From IMG/VR virus record IMGVR_UViG_3300022540_000126, positions 1 to 30,474 of that record: a stretch of DNA of 30,474 nt. One strand, written 5' to 3'. Origin of the DNA: a virus. Taxonomy: Duplodnaviria > Caudoviricetes. Within the stretch, counting starts at the first letter, position 1; the number at the start of each line of letters is the position of its first letter. A program made the translations under genes and the position numbers. The notes beneath the pieces were generated by a model. It did not search any database and was not told where the DNA came from. It saw only the letters and a list, made by a program, of their open reading frames with translations. Positions 25,812 to 30,474 of this stretch are shown here, in pieces.

Positions 25812-26213
25812 TTATTTCTTTTCAAATTTTTTTGTTTCTAAATTAAAAACTTCAAGACCATCTTTAAGTATTCTTAATTCTGATTTATAAAAGTTCTCCA
25901 TCGTTTCAGAACTTTCTTGTAATTTCTTTTCAGCTTCTTCAATTCTTTTTTGATCGTTATATTGTTTCTGTTGAACCTTCATATATTCTTTATTCTTCTG
26001 ATAATACTCTTGAAGATAAGCTTTACGTTTTTCTTTATGTTTCTCATTCGAACGATATTGAGTGTCTCGAAACATCTCTTTATTCTCAGCATAATATTCT
26101 GGATCATAATCCGTTAAACCCGCTTTCTTTCTATTCTCGTAATACTCTTTCTTTTTACCAGGATTAAACAACAACCATTGTTTGTTGTATTCATATCTTT
26201 GTTTTTTTGTCAT
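25812..26213 (-). CDS. Charged helical protein with EYY..NKE repeats
   Basis: EYYENRK / EYYAENKE / EYYQKNKE. Confidence 0.7.
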   Translation of the reverse strand: MTKKQRYEYNKQWLLFNPGKKKEYYENRKKAGLTDYDPEYYAENKEMFRDTQYRSNEKHKEKRKAYLQEYYQKNKEYMKVQQKQYNDQKRIEEAEKKLQESSETMENFYKSELRILKDGLEVFNLETKKFEKK

Positions 26214-26233
26214 AATCTTAGTTTGTTTTATAG

Positions 26234-26274
26234 TATATATTAAATACTTATAGTTCTCTTTAGAAATATATTAA
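26234..26274 (-). repeat. 41-bp exact direct repeat, copy 1 (promoter-containing)
   Basis: TATATATTAAATACTTATAGTTCTCTTTAGAAATATATTAA, identical to 26674-26714. Confidence 0.9.
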
Positions 26275-26657
26275 TTTTCTTTTAAGAATTTAGCTATTTT
26301 TCTTTTTCTAATTTCTGAACATACACCATTATATAATTGTATTATATAATCTTCGTGACCATCTTTATATTCTATTTCCAATTCCAATTCTCTCATATAT
26401 TCTATTCCTAATCTTTCGCTATTATAATCCACTCTCAATAACTCTAATTCATCTCTCAATAATTCACTAAGATCATATCCACTAAATATTTTCTCATAGT
26501 AAGGTAATTCTTCATAGAGTATATTATACGCTCTATGTTTCTCTGTGTTGATATTCTTATAAATATCTTTCTTCTTATTTAAGAATCTATACTTTTCTAA
26601 ATCATTAAAGTTTTTTATTTCACCTTTATATTTTATATACCATTTTTTATAATTCAT
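26271..26657 (-). CDS. Hypothetical protein with C-terminal IRKRKIAKFLKEN tag
   Basis: ORF track; lies between the two 41-bp repeats. Confidence 0.75.
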   Translation of the reverse strand: MNYKKWYIKYKGEIKNFNDLEKYRFLNKKKDIYKNINTEKHRAYNILYEELPYYEKIFSGYDLSELLRDELELLRVDYNSERLGIEYMRELELEIEYKDGHEDYIIQLYNGVCSEIRKRKIAKFLKEN

Positions 26658-26673
26658 AATTATTATTTTATTT

Positions 26674-26714
26674 TATATATTAAATACTTATAGTTCTCTT
26701 TAGAAATATATTAA
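26674..26714 (-). repeat. 41-bp exact direct repeat, copy 2
   Basis: Identical to 26234-26274, 440 bp away. Confidence 0.9.
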
Positions 26715-28189
26715 GGATGTTTTATTTTTTTACTTTCTAATATTTCTAAAATAGATACCCCACCATTTGATATATTACTTGTTGCGTAATTATCATATAC
26801 TTCTTGTTTGATTTTAACTAAGCTTCTATTTGAATGAGCATTAGTATAATAGACATCTCTTTTATATTCTATTGTTGGAATATTTAAAACTGTTTTACAT
26901 TTATTTCTTTTAGATTGTGTTGAAGATTTAATCAACGCTTTTGTAACACCGTCTTGATCATTCTTATTAAATTCCATATCAACATCAACACTATCTTTCA
27001 ACATAGTTAATACATCAGCAGATGATAACCAACATTCTACTCCATTATAATCTAATATTTCTGTTTCTAAAAGATTGATAGCTAATACATCTTTAGTTTT
27101 AAAGTTAGTCTTAACAACATACTCTCTGTTCTCCATTTCTAAATGATCCCACAATTCTAAGAATAATACATTACCACCTGTTATTAATAAATGATATTGT
27201 TCTGACCATATCTTATCATAATCTATACCAGCGAATACTGAATCAAAATTATTTTTCTCTTCATTATAGTTTCTTAATTTTTTATCTTGTAAATCAAATA
27301 CTAAAAATCTTCTATTCTTAACATCATTACCATATATGAATTGATTATCATTAGTAGAGAATATCATTATTGATCTTGATAGTTTCTTTATATCATTGTT
27401 CCCACCTTTTGGTTTGATTTTAAAATCTTCTAATGATGTCATGTTCTTAAATTGATTATGAGCTTTCTCTCCGATTCCAGATTCTTCGATAAATGTAACA
27501 CAATAATCTGCTAACTTATCTTTGAATTTCCATTCGTCTTCATCTAACTTTGCATTCTCATTCATTAGATTAGCTTTCTTGAAACTACCAAATAATTCTT
27601 TTGTAATAAACTCAGTCTTACCTGTTCCTTCTAAACTTTTAAACACTGCTACATTCTCAGCTTTACCACCCAATCCTTTCTTCACTACACTAAACAATAA
27701 AGTTTTCATTTTCTTTTCATTCATATTAGTATCACCTTTACAATACTTAACAAATTGTTTTACAAATTTATCAGTTTCGCTCATAGCTTCTAAATCTTTT
27801 TTATCATAATTAAAATATAAACTATTAAAGAAATCTTTACTTGTATCAATTTCATTAGGTCTTCCTATTAGATTTAATGCGCTCTTCCAAGAAGTTTTAT
27901 TAATTCCAAAACCTGCGCAATGTTTTGTTGGTACATTAGCTTTAACTATTGTAACCATACCAGATGATGAATGTTTATCTTCTTTGTTATATTCAAAATT
28001 AATTTCCCAATCACTATAATTAACATATTCATCAGAAACCTTTTCATCTCCTTTCTCCCATAAATCTCCTGGTATCTTATTATAAAAGCTATTTGAATAT
28101 TTACAAAATCCTACTTGTATCTCTTTTTCTTCTAAGAAGTCTTTAATAATATTTGTTGTCTTTGTGCTGTTTTTGTTATAAGTTTTCAT
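26711..28189 (-). CDS. VirE/VapE-like P-loop ATPase (putative replicative helicase)
   Basis: Walker A SLEGTGKT, Walker B TFIEE, IFSTN and NRRFLVF motifs; adjacent to the primase. Confidence 0.8.
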   Translation of the reverse strand: MKTYNKNSTKTTNIIKDFLEEKEIQVGFCKYSNSFYNKIPGDLWEKGDEKVSDEYVNYSDWEINFEYNKEDKHSSSGMVTIVKANVPTKHCAGFGINKTSWKSALNLIGRPNEIDTSKDFFNSLYFNYDKKDLEAMSETDKFVKQFVKYCKGDTNMNEKKMKTLLFSVVKKGLGGKAENVAVFKSLEGTGKTEFITKELFGSFKKANLMNENAKLDEDEWKFKDKLADYCVTFIEESGIGEKAHNQFKNMTSLEDFKIKPKGGNNDIKKLSRSIMIFSTNDNQFIYGNDVKNRRFLVFDLQDKKLRNYNEEKNNFDSVFAGIDYDKIWSEQYHLLITGGNVLFLELWDHLEMENREYVVKTNFKTKDVLAINLLETEILDYNGVECWLSSADVLTMLKDSVDVDMEFNKNDQDGVTKALIKSSTQSKRNKCKTVLNIPTIEYKRDVYYTNAHSNRSLVKIKQEVYDNYATSNISNGGVSILEILESKKIKHP

Positions 28190-28255
28190 ATTGTTTTATT
28201 TGTTTTTGTTTTATAAGTTATATATCTTAAAGTATATCTTCCCTCTGTGTTTATT

Positions 28256-29284
28256 TTAATAATTTTGGATAATTCTTTTATATCCAGTTACTCCTTTTTC
28301 TTTACACATATGGAAAAAGCTTCCTATGGTTGTTCTTGCACACATTCCATTACCTCCCCATTGTCCAATCAAAGTTTTAAATTCAACATCTAATTGGTAT
28401 TTATTATTGTTACCAGATTTCGTAACCCAAATTTCATCAGTCTTATTAACCTCTCCTAATTTCATAAATCTTTTAAATAGCTGATATGCTTCTTGTTGAG
28501 AAATCTTCTCGTCTTTAAGAATACTCGCAAACCCAAATCCATATCTCATTAGATCATATCTCTCTAAAGCTATTGGTAAATCCAACACTTCTAAACTTTT
28601 TAATGAGTTGTCTATTCTTTCATAAGTATTATCATAAGTCTTATTCTCTCCATCATTAGAGAAATGTGGTTTAGATGATGCTCGTAATTCATCCATAGTA
28701 TAATAATCAGAAGGTATGAATCTTAGGTATTCATTCTCTTCGTGGATTTTAATTAACCCAATGAAACATAATCTATTTAAATCATTTGATGATAAATCTA
28801 ATTTAATATCAATGTTTAATGTATTATTAATTTTAGATAACATCCTCGATCCGAAATTCTTATATAATAGTTTTAGATTAGATTGTGTGATACTATCTTC
28901 TTCGAACCTAAAGAATAACTTTACACCTCTTCTACTTGGAGAGATCATTACGATATTACATATCTCAGCCGAAAATCTTACGATCTTTTTTAAGTCTTCT
29001 AAAGATAAAGAATCTATATCATATACTAAATATCCAGAACTGATGAACTCACCCTCTAAATGATTCCCAATATTATGAGTGTTTATACAATTTAACTTAT
29101 CTTTGCGACTCTTATATAATGAAGAAGCTTCGGGGTTACCCCCCAATTCTTCTAATTTTAATCTTGCGCATATATCTAAGTCATCTTTCTTTGGTTTAAT
29201 ATCCTTGATATTTACCATCTCCCAATTATCTATACCTCTCTTTAAACTTCTTTGATACATATTGGTGTAGTATTTAAAATTCAT
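28256..29284 (-). CDS. Primase-polymerase (VirE-N/BT4734-like domain + PriCT-2-like C-terminus)
   Basis: SGYLVYDID, ISPSRRGVKLFF and D.SSNDLNRLCF motifs; C-terminal TTIGSFFHMCKEKG. Confidence 0.8.
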   Translation of the reverse strand: MNFKYYTNMYQRSLKRGIDNWEMVNIKDIKPKKDDLDICARLKLEELGGNPEASSLYKSRKDKLNCINTHNIGNHLEGEFISSGYLVYDIDSLSLEDLKKIVRFSAEICNIVMISPSRRGVKLFFRFEEDSITQSNLKLLYKNFGSRMLSKINNTLNIDIKLDLSSNDLNRLCFIGLIKIHEENEYLRFIPSDYYTMDELRASSKPHFSNDGENKTYDNTYERIDNSLKSLEVLDLPIALERYDLMRYGFGFASILKDEKISQQEAYQLFKRFMKLGEVNKTDEIWVTKSGNNNKYQLDVEFKTLIGQWGGNGMCARTTIGSFFHMCKEKGVTGYKRIIQNY

Positions 29285-29289
29285 AATAA

Positions 29290-29478
29290 TTAATCTATTT
29301 TCTTAATTGCTTCTTTCCAGTCAATACCATTCTTCTCAAAATGTTCTACTATTAAGTCTTGTAAAATATTATTATAACTTACATGTTTATAATCTTCTTC
29401 TTTTACCAAAAGTTTTTTAAGCTTCAAAAGTTTTAAAACATGTTTGGTTGTTTTCATAATTGTTTCTTCTTGTTTCAT
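29290..29478 (-). CDS. Small putative DNA-binding regulator (RHH/CopG-like)
   Basis: 62 aa; TTK.VL.LLKLKK...SYNNILQDLI pattern; first gene of the replication operon. Confidence 0.45.
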   Translation of the reverse strand: MKQEETIMKTTKHVLKLLKLKKLLVKEEDYKHVSYNNILQDLIVEHFEKNGIDWKEAIKKID

Positions 29479-29556
29479 AATTGTTTGTTTGTTTTTATAA
29501 GTTATATATAAGAAGTTATACTCTCCCTTATACTATTATATAAAAATATATTAATT

Positions 29557-29860
29557 ATGTCCTCGTCTTCCGTGTCTATTTTGGACATGGACACAAGGAA
29601 ATCGATGTCTCTGATCAATGGGCTGAGAAAAAAAAGAGAAATGTCCTTATGTCCTTATGTCCTTGTCTAAAGCAAACCCCTATAGAGATATAGTATGTAT
29701 AGTCTTATACCCTTTTTGTACTATATAATATAAAATATATAAATATATAAGGACATAAGGACATACCCTTTAAAAGCTTTGATTGGATACAAACAAACAA
29801 GAAAATTTGATGTCCTTGTCTCAGAGACATACGGATAAGATAAGGACATAAGGACATAAT
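29557..29860. repeat. Putative replication origin with octamer iterons ATGTCCTT/AAGGACAT
   Basis: ATGTCCTT x3 at 29641-29664, AAGGACAT x2 at 29749-29764, ATGTCCTT at 29810-29817 and AAGGACAT x2 at 29842-29857. An AT-rich core lies at ~29718-29750, and the region adjoins the primase/helicase operon. Confidence 0.7.
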
Positions 29861-29997
29861 CAATACAACTCTCCCTTTTTTGATTATATGTTAATTATAT
29901 TTTAAGATAATAACAAACAAACAGTATATTATAGATATATACTTTAAGTGTCAATTAATACTTTATTGATATTTTTGTTTGACAACAAGACACTTCT

Positions 29998-30028
29998 AAA
30001 AGCTACTGAACTCTCGGTAGCTTTTTTT
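29998..30028 (+). terminator. Rho-independent terminator
   Basis: AAAAGCTACTG-aactct-CGGTAGC followed by T7. Confidence 0.65.
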
Positions 30029-30091
30029 GATTATAAGCTTTTATCTTAAAAATATCCAAAGATTTTAAGATAAAAGCTTATAATCAAAAAA
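30023..30091. repeat. Perfect 29-bp inverted repeat with 11-nt loop
   Basis: TTTTTTGATTATAAGCTTTTATCTTAAAA (30023-30051) and its reverse complement at 30063-30091. Confidence 0.9.
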
Positions 30092-30149
30092 GTATCCAAA
30101 ACCCATATTTCATACTTGATATATAAATTATAAAAAACAAATAACAATT

Positions 30150-30470
30150 ATGATAGCACAAACAAAACACAAAACAAAAAACTCAGAATCATTAACTAAC
30201 TATAAGAAGTATTTCTATAGTAACAGATCTAAAATTTCTTACAAGAGTTATAAGATGATAAATGGTGTATGTGTTAAGATCTTAAATGATTTCTTAACAT
30301 CAAGAGAATTATCTTTACTAATCGATTTAAAAGAACATACTATGTTCATAGGAGAACTATACAAACAGATCAAAGAGAATTTCAAGGATGAAGAGTATCT
30401 AACAGAGATTAAAGATAAGTTCCAATACTATAAGGAATGGATTTTGGACCAATCAGATATGAAGGTGTAA
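30150..30470 (+). CDS. Hypothetical protein (106 aa)
   Basis: ORF track; AACAATTATG start; promoter-like motif at 30101-30125. Confidence 0.7.
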   Translation: MIAQTKHKTKNSESLTNYKKYFYSNRSKISYKSYKMINGVCVKILNDFLTSRELSLLIDLKEHTMFIGELYKQIKENFKDEEYLTEIKDKFQYYKEWILDQSDMKV

Positions 30471-30474
30471 GGTA

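Noticed and set aside
28226-28237. 12-mer ATATACTTTAAG shared (inverted) with 29937-29948 as a possible operator
   Set aside because: It is short and AT-rich, so it is plausibly a chance match in this genome.
24164-29063. Plus-strand ORFs 24164, 25107, 25648, 27522 and 28716
   Set aside because: Antisense to a coherent minus-strand operon; their F/S/L-rich composition is typical of shadows.
1-30474. Stop-codon reassignment (as in some crAss-like or Lak phages)
   Set aside because: All core genes are full length under code 11 and coding density is high.

Overview
This window is an apparently complete, very AT-rich ~30.5 kb tailed-phage (siphovirus-like) genome. The same 7 bp (TAAGGTA) occur at both ends, suggesting a circular contig. 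The probable host is Bacteroidota: there are no Shine-Dalgarno sites but A-rich AACAATTATG starts, a SCKKE lipoprotein, a BT4734/VirE-N primase and TAnnTTTG elements. The + strand (970-23312) carries a sigma-like factor, TerS/TerL, a probable tail-assembly chaperone with a hidden -1 frameshift extension, tail, LamG and fibre proteins, tape measure, XkdF-type protease, scaffold, major capsid, tail tube, a degenerate tRNA(CAT), portal, adaptor, holin and a GIY-YIG nuclease. The - strand (23316-29478) carries small accessory genes, a VirE/VapE-like P-loop ATPase and a primase, followed by an iteron-rich putative origin and a perfect 29-bp inverted repeat. I could not recognise a DNA polymerase, integrase, classical repressor or endolysin. 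The most unusual signals are a shared C-terminal R/K-K-x-K-I-x-x-F-L-x-E-N tag on four unrelated early proteins, a fixed-spacing late promoter (AAAC-N15-ATATTTA), a gene cassette flanked by identical 41-bp promoter repeats, and the frameshift. Product calls come from motif recognition only; no searches were run.
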